Shown here piece by piece: positions 39,962 to 49,328 of a stretch of 64,000 nt of DNA. How positions within the stretch are numbered: position 1 is the first letter of the stretch; each line of letters begins with the position of its first letter. Under the pieces are notes generated by a model. That model did not search any database. It worked only from the letters and a program-made list of their open reading frames with translations, and was not told where the DNA came from. A program made the position numbers and the translations under genes. The stretch lies in IMG/VR virus record IMGVR_UViG_3300028840_008160, positions 248,001-312,000 of that record. One strand, given 5' to 3'.

Positions 39962-40290
39962 TGCCGACAATCATAGTTCCAGATAGGTCGTTTCTCGTCG
40001 GCTCAATTCACGGATTGAATGCTGGTCGACGCCTTGAAAAAGGTAATGACATTCAGCCTATTGTTACTGAAACTCAAGGAAATAATGCAAATGAGATTAA
40101 GCATGTACCTTATATGGGTTATTTTTTACATTGCACATGCAGTAAGTGTGGATACATGTTTGCATGGGATGATCCGAATGATATTCCTGAAGAGTCGCTA
40201 GAATGTGGTAATGATGAATGCGATAACATTGTTATTTTGTATGGTGTTGGTAATTCAAATTTGTGGCGAATTGGAACAATAAAACTGTAA
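39961..40290 (+). CDS. Small Zn-ribbon protein (paralog of 22278..22535)
   Basis: HCTCSKCGYMF...DIPEESLECGNDECDNIVILY. Confidence 0.6.
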   Translation: MPTIIVPDRSFLVGSIHGLNAGRRLEKGNDIQPIVTETQGNNANEIKHVPYMGYFLHCTCSKCGYMFAWDDPNDIPEESLECGNDECDNIVILYGVGNSNLWRIGTIKL

Positions 40291-40344
40291 ACTTATCTTG
40301 ATTCGCATACAATAAATTAAGGAGCGTTCAATGAGGAGCAACAT

Positions 40345-40917
40345 TTGGTCGTCCGCAACAAAATTGAGAGTGATCGCATCATCCGTGATCTTGGGGTTAA
40401 CTACTCTCCTTTTTGCTTGGTCTATAATCAAAAAGAGGCTGAAAAAGCGATAGCTAAGATTAAAGAGCTAATCGGAATTAGAGAAAAACGAGCTGGTGGA
40501 GGTCACTTGATTACAGGATTGACTGTTCCACAAGCTTTTTCTTTTGTAAATTCAAAAAATATGGTTGCTTATCCATGTAGTATTTATCATGATATGCGAG
40601 AAACAGAAGATCATCTTAGATATCAAGGTGAAATTCAATTACACCCTGATGGAACAATGTGCGGCATTTACAATACAACTCCTGGGATAAAAAATAGAGA
40701 GGCGTGCATTAGATCTGAAGCTGTTCGTTTTGGGACATATTACCAAAGTCCAGCTATACTTGATGAAGTTTCATGGGATTGGAGGCCAGTACGTGATATA
40801 GTTGATTATTGTTGCGACTACGATTTAATTGGACCTGTTATTGAATACTCATTATATGATGTGCCTGTTGGTTGGAAGAACGAATTTGTAGTGATTTGGG
40901 AGATAAGGAACTATTGA
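40345..40917 (+). CDS. Hypothetical protein
   Basis: AAGGAG upstream, 190 aa. Confidence 0.55.
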   Translation: MVVRNKIESDRIIRDLGVNYSPFCLVYNQKEAEKAIAKIKELIGIREKRAGGGHLITGLTVPQAFSFVNSKNMVAYPCSIYHDMRETEDHLRYQGEIQLHPDGTMCGIYNTTPGIKNREACIRSEAVRFGTYYQSPAILDEVSWDWRPVRDIVDYCCDYDLIGPVIEYSLYDVPVGWKNEFVVIWEIRNY

Positions 40918-41098
40918 TGTCATTACTTATTAAACCAACGCCAGTTCTTACTGGTGAAGATGCGCAGCGTTTTGCAAAGGCTATAGAAAATCCAAAGCCT
41001 GTGTTAAAAGAAGAGTATCTTCGTGCCAAGAAGACGTATGAAGCTGTGGTACGAAAGCATAGTCAATTTTCTATAGAAAATGACTTGACTACTCTTCA

Positions 41099-41713
41099 AT
41101 GAAAGACTATCCAGCAATTTCACGAGACATTCAGTTCGGATTACCTGTTTATGCTTTTGATAAATTGGACGGGTCAAATATTCGAGCAGAGTGGACGCGT
41201 AAGCATGGGTTTAATAAATTCGGCAGTAGAAAACGATTACTTGGCACAGACCAAGAATTTTTGCCAGAAGCGATTAGGCTTGTCAAAGACAATTTTGAAG
41301 AGCAACTTGCGAAGATTTTTGTAAAACAACGATTTGACCGTGTTATGTGCTTCTTCGAATTTTATGGTGAAAACTCGTTTGCCGGAGTGCATGTCAAAGA
41401 ACCCCATCGTGTAGTCTTATTTGATGTTAATCCTTATAAGAAAGGGATAATGTTTCCTCGTGAATTTTTAAGTTTGTTTGGGCATCTCGACATTCCTCGA
41501 TTATTACATCAAGGTAATTGCACTCATCCATTCGTAGATAGTGTCAAAAATAATTCACTTGAAGGACTGACAAGTGAAGGTGTTGTTTGTAAAGCACCGG
41601 GTAAAGGAAAAATGTCATTGCCTATAATGTTCAAAGTTAAGACAGAACAGTGGATCACTAAACTCAAAACATATTGCGGTGATGATGAAAGATTGTTTAG
41701 AGAACTGTTATGA
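41099..41713 (+). CDS. Second, compact RNA ligase-like adenylyltransferase
   Basis: DKLDGSNIR, FEFYG, VLFDV, EGVVCK, FKVKT. Confidence 0.8.
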   Translation: MKDYPAISRDIQFGLPVYAFDKLDGSNIRAEWTRKHGFNKFGSRKRLLGTDQEFLPEAIRLVKDNFEEQLAKIFVKQRFDRVMCFFEFYGENSFAGVHVKEPHRVVLFDVNPYKKGIMFPREFLSLFGHLDIPRLLHQGNCTHPFVDSVKNNSLEGLTSEGVVCKAPGKGKMSLPIMFKVKTEQWITKLKTYCGDDERLFRELL

Positions 41714-42207
41714 ACGTTGATCGAGAACTTATTGAGAAATATTTCAGACGCTTACATCGTTTTGAACGTTTAAGTAACTGTGATGCACCAATGTCAATAC
41801 TAGAGAGTGAATTAGAATTGATTGAGGCTGCGCAAGAAGAATTAACAAATGTTGGATTAGATGTCAATTTGTGGATGACAACACCACAGGGTCAAGTTGA
41901 ATTTCGGACGTTTTGTGCAACGACAGATCATCTTGAAAAATGTAGTGCAAGATGTGGTCAATGTTTTGAATTCAAGTATATTGAACATTTTGGTTGTGAA
42001 TTTTCGTCTGCAACACCATTTCGTTGTCCGTACTTCAAAGATTCCGGGTATTATATCGACGATCGAATTCATCGATTTATGATTAATCGTTGTTCAAAAT
42101 GCAAACATCACACTGAACATAAATTAGCAAATGATCTTGGCTTTGAAATTAATTGTTCAAAGAAGCTGGATCAATTAGCAGAAAAATGCGAGACATTTGA
42201 AGAATGA
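41710..42207 (+). CDS. Cys-rich hypothetical protein
   Basis: CSARCGQC, CSKCKH. Confidence 0.55.
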   Translation: MNVDRELIEKYFRRLHRFERLSNCDAPMSILESELELIEAAQEELTNVGLDVNLWMTTPQGQVEFRTFCATTDHLEKCSARCGQCFEFKYIEHFGCEFSSATPFRCPYFKDSGYYIDDRIHRFMINRCSKCKHHTEHKLANDLGFEINCSKKLDQLAEKCETFEE

Positions 42208-42602
42208 TAAAAGCAATTGAGTTTTTGTTGAATGGTGAGACGCATCGAATTGATGCAAGACATTACTGACTCTATTAAACCACAACTTAAACTAGAATTG
42301 ATTTGTTTTAAATGTGGTGTAAGAGGCGAGATTGGTAAAGATCAGTTCATTGGAAAAGTAAATGTGAAAATCGACTAGATGAAGCTAGCAGAATAGAGAT
42401 AAATGATGGAACAGCCATTGCAATAATGTCAGAACCTCAAGGTGATAGAAAAATTTGCGCGTTTCATGAAACATACAATTATTTGAAATTAGCTCAAGGT
42501 CATTCCAAGGTTTTGAGAAATGGATAGATGAAGCTAAATAAATCGTTGCTTTATAAACGAGATAATATGTTAAATTCGTTCACATTCACAAGGAGCAACG
42601 AT

Positions 42603-42836
42603 ATGAAAGTATTCGCTATTCTTTTGATTGCGGCAGTGTCAGTTCTTGCAAAAGCAGATACCGTTACTGTCATCAAGTGCGATACAATCATTGCATGCAA
42701 AGTATTAAATGTAGTCACTACAACAAAAGATACAACTGTCGTGTCAAAAATTGACACGATAGAAGTTAAAGATCCAGTAAAGCCTATTAAGAAAGAAGAG
42801 ACTGTTGCATCAAAGAAAGAGAAATCAAAGAAATAG
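42603..42836 (+). CDS. Small exported protein with a signal peptide
   Basis: AAGGAG SD; MKVFAILLIAAVSVLAKA then DT-rich repeats. Confidence 0.65.
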   Translation: MKVFAILLIAAVSVLAKADTVTVIKCDTIIACKVLNVVTTTKDTTVVSKIDTIEVKDPVKPIKKEETVASKKEKSKK

Positions 42837-42861
42837 TCGACTATATATTTATTGTGTATAT

Positions 42862-42893
42862 AGGGCACGATGTTTTTCATCGTGCCCTTTTTT
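42862..42893 (+). terminator. Intrinsic terminator
   Basis: AGGGCACGATG-ttttt-CATCGTGCCCT then T5. Confidence 0.85.
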
Positions 42894-43211
42894 GTTTTGG
42901 AGGAATAATGAGTGATGAAAAAGGTTGGTCATATATTTGTTATAGCGGAACAAAGGTATTTAGACGATCTAAATGCGATGAGTCGTTTCAAGATTGGCCG
43001 CTTGTAAAAAACGAATTAAAAGTTGGTGATGAAGTCATTACGTGCGTTTTTGGGACGTATCAACAAGGTATTGTTGTTTGTAAAGACGACTCAGGCTGTC
43101 TATTTGTTGATGCAGGGTCAAATATAACTAACTTGAAATTTGACGAAGATGATCGGCACTGTTGGACAACATCATGTGCTTTTAATAAAGCAGCAATGGT
43201 AAAGGTCAAAC

Positions 43212-43553
43212 GTGAAAATTGATGATGGCAAAATTGTTGTTATTTCGCAACCGACCCATGTGACAATTTCGTGGTACGTTGGTAGTGGTTTTGTTGAAAG
43301 AGCAACGGTAAGCGCAGATTTAGTGGATCAATGGTGGATTAATAGAGTGTTAGTTCAACCAGAAAGTAATCGTGGGCTTGGCATTGGAAGTCATTTACTT
43401 AAAATGTTGAAAGAAGAAGTCAAAAAACAAGGTGGAACAAAAATAGTTGTGGCACCTGGTGGATATGATCAAAATAAGGATCGTCAAGTTAGATTTTACA
43501 AAAAACATAATTTTATTGAATATGAGCAAGGGAGTTATATTTGTTTTCTGTGA
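43212..43553 (+). CDS. GNAT acetyltransferase
   Basis: RVLVQPESNRGLGIGSHLL, RFYKKHNF. Confidence 0.8.
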   Translation: MKIDDGKIVVISQPTHVTISWYVGSGFVERATVSADLVDQWWINRVLVQPESNRGLGIGSHLLKMLKEEVKKQGGTKIVVAPGGYDQNKDRQVRFYKKHNFIEYEQGSYICFL

Positions 43554-44203
43554 TTTCCGACCCAAAGAGTAAATTTATTGCTCAAAAGATTGTAAAAACA
43601 GTTAATGACTGCAGATTAAGAAATTTGCCGGCAGAAAAGATTGTATTGACAAAAAAAGTGTTCAATGATTTGAGTCATGATGAAGACTATTTTGCTGGCT
43701 TTGACATATCTGACAATCAAGAATATCTTTTTGGTGTGAATGTTTGCGTTGTTAGCGACGGTAGGTGTCAAGTAATTGCACCAACACAGTTTGGACGACA
43801 AACATTCGACATACAGTGTAGCAAAAAAGACTTTTTCGTTCATACTATACGGCAAAATCTTTATGTTCGTACTATATCTCGATCAGGGGCAGTAAGTAAT
43901 GTATCACCGGCTGAAGAACGAGCAATTGAGCTTCTTCGAGAGATGATTACAGAAGCAGAATTTCGAAGATACCTTAAATATGGTTTCATTCTTGTTCAGG
44001 CACAAAGTAGTCGAATATATCAAGTGTTTAGAGAAGCAAGACACATAAAAGTTTGGCTGAATGGTAAATGTATTGAAGAAATTTGCGTGCGATTGAACGA
44101 ACTGCCTCAAACTGATTACGTAGTGGCTTTCAAAGTTATGATTGAGACAGATGAAATTGAGTTCAGACAATTAGGAAATTTATATAGGTTGGCAGCTTCA
44201 TGA
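43550..44203 (+). CDS. Two-domain paralog-family protein
   Basis: C-domain AIELLREMITEAEFRRYLKYGF...TDYVVAFKVMIETDEIEF. Confidence 0.7.
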   Translation: MISDPKSKFIAQKIVKTVNDCRLRNLPAEKIVLTKKVFNDLSHDEDYFAGFDISDNQEYLFGVNVCVVSDGRCQVIAPTQFGRQTFDIQCSKKDFFVHTIRQNLYVRTISRSGAVSNVSPAEERAIELLREMITEAEFRRYLKYGFILVQAQSSRIYQVFREARHIKVWLNGKCIEEICVRLNELPQTDYVVAFKVMIETDEIEFRQLGNLYRLAAS

Positions 44204-44670
44204 GATTAACACAAAAACGACTAGATTTTTTAACGACATTTGTTAGAGACAGATCGTACTCTGTACGATTAAGCAATTGTTTAGAGAACTTTTTGTTTAT
44301 GATTGATGTGTTATTGTATTCACAATCAGAGTTACGCAAATTACCGAATTTTGGTGTAGTAGCTGAAGAAGAATTGAAGCAAGATTTCAAAAATCACGGA
44401 TTGAGTTTACGAACAATATTTAGTAAAGCACAGATGTTAAGAATTCGACAGGTTAGATTTGAGAAAGTACTTCATACACCATGCATCAAATATTGGCGAT
44501 TTTTTGATAGAGTGCTTGAGCGTTTAATACCAAAAGATTGCAAAGATAGAGAAATATTCAAAAAACTACTTGTGAGAAAAATGTGTCATAAATGGGCGCA
44601 TGTAAAAGGTGAAAAAAAACGACAGCAAATTATAGAACTTATGAGGTTTGCAAAGTTGGAACACAATTAG
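44200..44670 (+). CDS. RNA polymerase alpha-CTD-like domain protein
   Basis: SVRLSNCL...DVLLYSQSELRKLPNFGVVAEEELK. Confidence 0.75.
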   Translation: MRLTQKRLDFLTTFVRDRSYSVRLSNCLENFLFMIDVLLYSQSELRKLPNFGVVAEEELKQDFKNHGLSLRTIFSKAQMLRIRQVRFEKVLHTPCIKYWRFFDRVLERLIPKDCKDREIFKKLLVRKMCHKWAHVKGEKKRQQIIELMRFAKLEHN

Positions 44671-44753
44671 TTCAAGAGATTGAAGAATTGAGATGGTCTT
44701 GTGAATAGATATTTTATATTTTCAGTAATCAATATACAGCATAAGGTTGCGTA

Positions 44754-44975
44754 ATGAGAATTGATTCAATAAGAACTCAACACTTGCATACACTTACTGC
44801 TTATAATCAAGCGAGAGGCTGAGCTATTGCCGCGTTAAGTCAACGCTTAGTTGAATTGCATAGAAAAGCGTCTGAGACAAATGATCCTATACTTATAAAA
44901 ATTATTAGCAAAATTGAGACAAGAAAGCCATTAACAAATAATCAAATTCAATTTGCTTTTGACCAATTAAAGTGA
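44754..44975 (+). pseudogene. Small ORF with an internal TGA
   Basis: MRIDSIRTQH...QARG*AIAALSQRLVEL... (TGA 44820-44822); read-through ends in a GTGA overlap with the ORF at 44972. Confidence 0.5.
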
Positions 44976-45310
44976 AGGTTTATATGTTTCACATTTTAGA
45001 ATGGTGGCAATTCAATTTAGCTTTACAAATTGAACTTGACCGTCAAAATGATTTTAAAGAACTTTGTATTGATAAAGCAGAAATTTTAGATTGTTTAAAA
45101 AGAGCAAATAAAAGTATTGATGAGATTAAAAGAATCAAATCAAGTTGTCCGTTATTGAGACAACAATCAAATAAGCGTATTCGCCAATTAAAATCTTTGT
45201 CTCGCAAATTCCGCGGCCAGCTCAGACAAGTACAACAGATGCTGAGCAATTACGATCGCTATGGTGAAATAAATCCATAGTCCTGCCTGCTTATCTAAAT
45301 CGTAAATGTG

Positions 45311-45338
45311 TTGAAAAAATTTAAAAAAAATGTACTAT
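45311..45338 (+). promoter_or_regulatory. Sigma70-like promoter candidate
   Basis: TTGAAA-16-TACTAT in an AT-rich gap upstream of an AGGAGG-led gene. Confidence 0.4.
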
Positions 45339-45813
45339 AGAAGTGTATTTTTGACAAAGAGTTATTATTATGAAGAGTGATAAAAGAACAACAAAAGAAA
45401 AGTAGGAGGAAGTGATGGCTATTTGTATATCATACAACAGCATTCCTTCATTAGATGAAACAGTTAAAAGAGTTCAAGTTAGTGAAGATGGTTATGTAAT
45501 GTGGGTTACATTATCAAGCGGAAAACAACTCGTTTCTCGTTTTTTTGACACTAATGAATGGCCTAAAGTTAGACGGCATCTTGCACCGCATGTGATTGTT
45601 GATGATGAAAATGTGCCTAATTTTGAACCTGACGCTGGCAAATATTACTGGGCTAAAAATAAACATGAATCAGTATGGCGAGTTTGGTATATCGGATTGG
45701 ATCCAGATGACAACAAATGGGTTCATCAAATAGATATTAAACCATTAAGATTAGATGATATGGATTTAAGTGAATATGATATTAAAGAAGCAAAGCCATG
45801 TTAAGGAAAATAT

Positions 45814-47463
45814 ATGTATAATGAACCGAAAGCAGATTGCAGTTTAACAGCAGGATACAGATCTTTAGTAGTTAATCCTAAGAATCCTCTATATCATCTG
45901 TTTAATTTTATTGCAAAAGAATATGCAAATGATACAGAGAAATTATTGAAACATTTTACAGGTTTACTTGCGCTAAGTATAGATACGGGTGTGATTAAGA
46001 ATAAAAATTTGCGTGTTGCTGTTAAATTTTTGAAATTTGGAGTAACTGGTTCAATTTTTGGATCTGAATTTATAATGCACATTCGCAATTATATTCATGA
46101 TCAGAAAAGTATGAAAGCTGATCCATTCAAAAAACGTATGATAAAAGCTTCAAAACTGCTCGAAATAAAAGAAGAAGATGCAATGTATGCTAATTTACCT
46201 CACGCTGAAGTAAATATGAGTACAGAATTTGCTATGTGGTTCGTGAATAGACCTCAAACATACAAAGTCAGAATCAAGGGTTATTACAATATGCAATCTC
46301 TTGAAGAAATAACAAAAGAATTAGAATTTGAACCAGGTCGAACTACAGAAGTTGCAATCATATTTGAAATAAACAAAGAATTTTTTATATGGGACCTTGT
46401 TTTTAAGACTGGTATTTTAGGAATATCAGGAGTATCATCATCATATTTTGTAGGCAAGATGATAAATGAAGATAAAGTTAATGACATTCGAAAGGCTATG
46501 TTGTTTGATTTTGCTCAAAGCTTAAACTATAAAGAAAATACTATTTGGTTTGATGGTTGGGGAGGATTATATTCTAAACCGCGCCGCGTTGTTTTGGAAC
46601 AAATTAATCAGTTTGACACAACAAGACTTATTACTGAAATTGAAGCAGTACTCGAACATGGACGAAAACGAGCTTTTGCTTTTGTCGGCAAACAAGGCGT
46701 GGGAAAATCGTCAATTCTTAGATTAATTGAACAGAGATTAACAAAATATATGATTATACATCTTACGCCAGATGATTTTGAATATGCGTCTCGCATTCGA
46801 GATAGATTTGAAGTTACAAAACTTTTTCAACCATTAGTACTTATGATTGAAGATTTAGATGCTTGTGGTTTAAAAGAGAAAAAGAAAACTACTGGAGCGT
46901 TTCTTGATTGTATTGATGAAGTTAATAAAGATTTGAATATAGTTATTTTAGTATCAATTAATGACACTGCATTGGTTCACCGCACAATTATCAATCGACC
47001 TGGGCGGTTCGATCGTGTGTTTGAAATTTTTCCGCCTAAAACAATTGATGAAGCATTATATGTAGTCAAATCAAAAATAAATGCAATCCAATCAAATTAT
47101 TGTGAACAAATGCAACCGAAATTGTTTGCTGACGATCCGACAAACATAAATAAAGTACTAGACAGATGTATTAAACAAGGATTTACGCAAGCTGAATTAA
47201 CAAATGCAATTGCAGAACAAGCACTTATAGAAATTGGTATTGATTTAAAATGTGGTTTGTTAGCCAAAACGTGGAATGATATTACTCATATTGAATTTGA
47301 ATCATATCTTGATAAAGCTGTAGATAGTCATATAGCTACAAGGACTGCTATCAAAAACTGCAATTTTCATGATACTGACCCTGATGACGATGACGAAGCC
47401 AAATGCGTAGACAAGCAGGCGTCTCCTGGTTATGGGGCAGTAGAAGCTATGTCTTCTAGTTAA
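45814..47463 (+). CDS. AAA+ ATPase (BCS1/FtsH-type AAA module) with a large N-domain
   Basis: GKQGVGKSS, LMIEDLD, INRPGRFDRVFEI. Confidence 0.85.
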   Translation: MYNEPKADCSLTAGYRSLVVNPKNPLYHLFNFIAKEYANDTEKLLKHFTGLLALSIDTGVIKNKNLRVAVKFLKFGVTGSIFGSEFIMHIRNYIHDQKSMKADPFKKRMIKASKLLEIKEEDAMYANLPHAEVNMSTEFAMWFVNRPQTYKVRIKGYYNMQSLEEITKELEFEPGRTTEVAIIFEINKEFFIWDLVFKTGILGISGVSSSYFVGKMINEDKVNDIRKAMLFDFAQSLNYKENTIWFDGWGGLYSKPRRVVLEQINQFDTTRLITEIEAVLEHGRKRAFAFVGKQGVGKSSILRLIEQRLTKYMIIHLTPDDFEYASRIRDRFEVTKLFQPLVLMIEDLDACGLKEKKKTTGAFLDCIDEVNKDLNIVILVSINDTALVHRTIINRPGRFDRVFEIFPPKTIDEALYVVKSKINAIQSNYCEQMQPKLFADDPTNINKVLDRCIKQGFTQAELTNAIAEQALIEIGIDLKCGLLAKTWNDITHIEFESYLDKAVDSHIATRTAIKNCNFHDTDPDDDDEAKCVDKQASPGYGAVEAMSSS

Positions 47464-47782
47464 TCTACGTTTTTAGATATGACTACTCTAACATGTCTGT
47501 TGTACCTAATTACATTGAATTCACTAATGAAGAGCTTGTTGATTTAAGTTATCGACTTCAAAATTCAAATTCAATTCATGCTAAACAACTTGCCAAAAAG
47601 ATTGATCGTTCGATAGGTCAATTTACTACGACAAATCTCCTTGGTTCACTAAATTCTTCATTTGAAGATCGTATTTGTAAAGATTTGATTTTTTTCATGT
47701 CGATAAACGACGTGGCAAAAATTGATGATAAAGAACCGTTTAAAACAATAGCATTGTGGAGATTACATTTAGGGAGACAACG

Positions 47783-48013
47783 TTGATTCAAACAGCAATT
47801 TTGATTTTAAGTGGTTTAGCTATTTGGCTAGCGACGACAAAACAACCCGTTTATCGTTTGATTGGTGGTTGCATTGGTTTAATTGGTCAGTCATTTTGGC
47901 TGTATGAAACATTTGTTAAGATTCAATGGGGAATGTTTTTATTGAGTATATGGTTTTTGATCATATATGTGAAAACAATTATTGTGGCATGTAAAGACAG
48001 GAGGCAATCATGA
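47783..48013 (+). CDS. Small 3-TM PnuC-like membrane protein
   Basis: GGCIGLIGQSFWLY...QWGMFLLSIWF. Confidence 0.5.
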   Translation: MIQTAILILSGLAIWLATTKQPVYRLIGGCIGLIGQSFWLYETFVKIQWGMFLLSIWFLIIYVKTIIVACKDRRQS

Positions 48014-48426
48014 GTGTTCCAGGGACATTTTCAGTGACAGAACTAGCAAATGCTAGAGCTGCTGTTATTGCTAGCATTGGCAAAGCTCGTCTTACTAAAG
48101 ATGGAAAAATGATTGGTAGTCCATTTATTACGTACACTGAACTTGCTGACAAAATGGGCTGGACAATTGACGATGAATGGGACGGCGATAGAATGGGATC
48201 ACTAGCTGGTCAAATTTCTGAACAAGAAATAAATATGGGCGGACCATTCATTGGTGCAGTTATTGTTAAAAAAGGTGAAATGCGACCTGGTATTGGGTTT
48301 TATCGATATGGTGCACATCTTAAAAGAATGCAAAAAGATGTCGATAAAGTTGACCCAAATGGCATTGAAGAAAACATTTTTTGGACGAAAGAAGTTATTG
48401 CTTCTGTTGAAAAATATGGCAGGTAA
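48010..48426 (+). CDS. Hypothetical protein (possible winged helix)
   Basis: ITYTELADKMG...AVIVKKGEMRPGIGFY. Confidence 0.5.
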   Translation: MSVPGTFSVTELANARAAVIASIGKARLTKDGKMIGSPFITYTELADKMGWTIDDEWDGDRMGSLAGQISEQEINMGGPFIGAVIVKKGEMRPGIGFYRYGAHLKRMQKDVDKVDPNGIEENIFWTKEVIASVEKYGR

Positions 48427-48428
48427 TT

Positions 48429-49037
48429 ATGCCAGTAGTAACAGTTGATAAAGTTCGTTTTGTCGTACACTGGAAGTCTGAATGGATCGAAATACTAAGA
48501 TATATTGATGAGAATTTTAAGACACTTTCGGGTAATATTGATTGGAAAGCTGCTGAAAAAGTTGGTTTACTTTCTGGCTTTCCAAATGTGTCACTTAAAT
48601 ATATAAGTAGATATTGGTCGACGAAGAAAAGAAAAAGAGATAGAGTTCAACAATCATGTCGATCTGATAACACGCAGCGATTAAGTGTTCTACATAAAAA
48701 TGGAATTCCTAAACGTATACGTTTTCTATGGACAAGACAACAGCAAATTGTTCTTGATCGACTTGTGCGTCGACATAAAAGAAAGTCTGTTGTAGATTGG
48801 AAAGGCGTTTGGAACGATCCTCAAAGAAAAAAACTACCGACTCATTACACATTAGTTTCTTTACGTAAGTATTGGAACAGCACAAATCACATCGATTCAG
48901 ATTTGAACATTAAATCTTCTTTGGCTTGGCGTAAAGCAAATCCAGAACGATATCGACAGCATCAATTGAAAATTGCTCGACGTAGAAAGAATGAGAAAAA
49001 TGCGTTTCTGTATTCTCGAATGGAATATCGTCGTTAG
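48429..49037 (+). CDS. Tandem Myb/SANT-like DNA-binding protein
   Basis: Two repeats, each with three spaced Trp: WKSEWIEIL..IDWK..YISRYW and WTRQQQIVL..VDWK..SLRKYW; basic tail WRKANPERY. Confidence 0.5.
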   Translation: MPVVTVDKVRFVVHWKSEWIEILRYIDENFKTLSGNIDWKAAEKVGLLSGFPNVSLKYISRYWSTKKRKRDRVQQSCRSDNTQRLSVLHKNGIPKRIRFLWTRQQQIVLDRLVRRHKRKSVVDWKGVWNDPQRKKLPTHYTLVSLRKYWNSTNHIDSDLNIKSSLAWRKANPERYRQHQLKIARRRKNEKNAFLYSRMEYRR

Positions 49038-49041
49038 GCGA

Positions 49042-49178
49042 TTTCGCCATTGAGAAGCTTTATTTTCGTGCACTGAGAAGGTATTACTTCTTTTCGCCAC
49101 TGAGAAGCCTTATTTTCGCCTCTGAGAAGGTATTACTTCTTTTCGCCACTGAGAAGCCTTATTTTCGCCTCTGAGAAG
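49042..49178 (+). repeat. Six direct repeats of TTTCGCC(A/T)(C/T)TGAGAAG with alternating 22/27-bp periodicity
   Basis: Cores end at 49057, 49080, 49107, 49129, 49156, 49178; an exact 49-bp unit occurs twice (49081-49129, 49130-49178). Confidence 0.95.
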
Positions 49179-49328
49179 TCAATTAAAATACTAACCCTTC
49201 ACAATTAATTTATAATACGTTTAATATCAATAAGTTAGAAGCATTAATAGGATCATTTTGATGGGTTTTGGGCATGACTACAATAATAGGAAGCGTAGGT
49301 AATGCCACTTAACCAAACGGAGGTTAGC

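Noticed and set aside
49042-49178. CRISPR array
   Set aside because: Inter-repeat segments are only 6-11 nt and are themselves repeated; no cas genes nearby.
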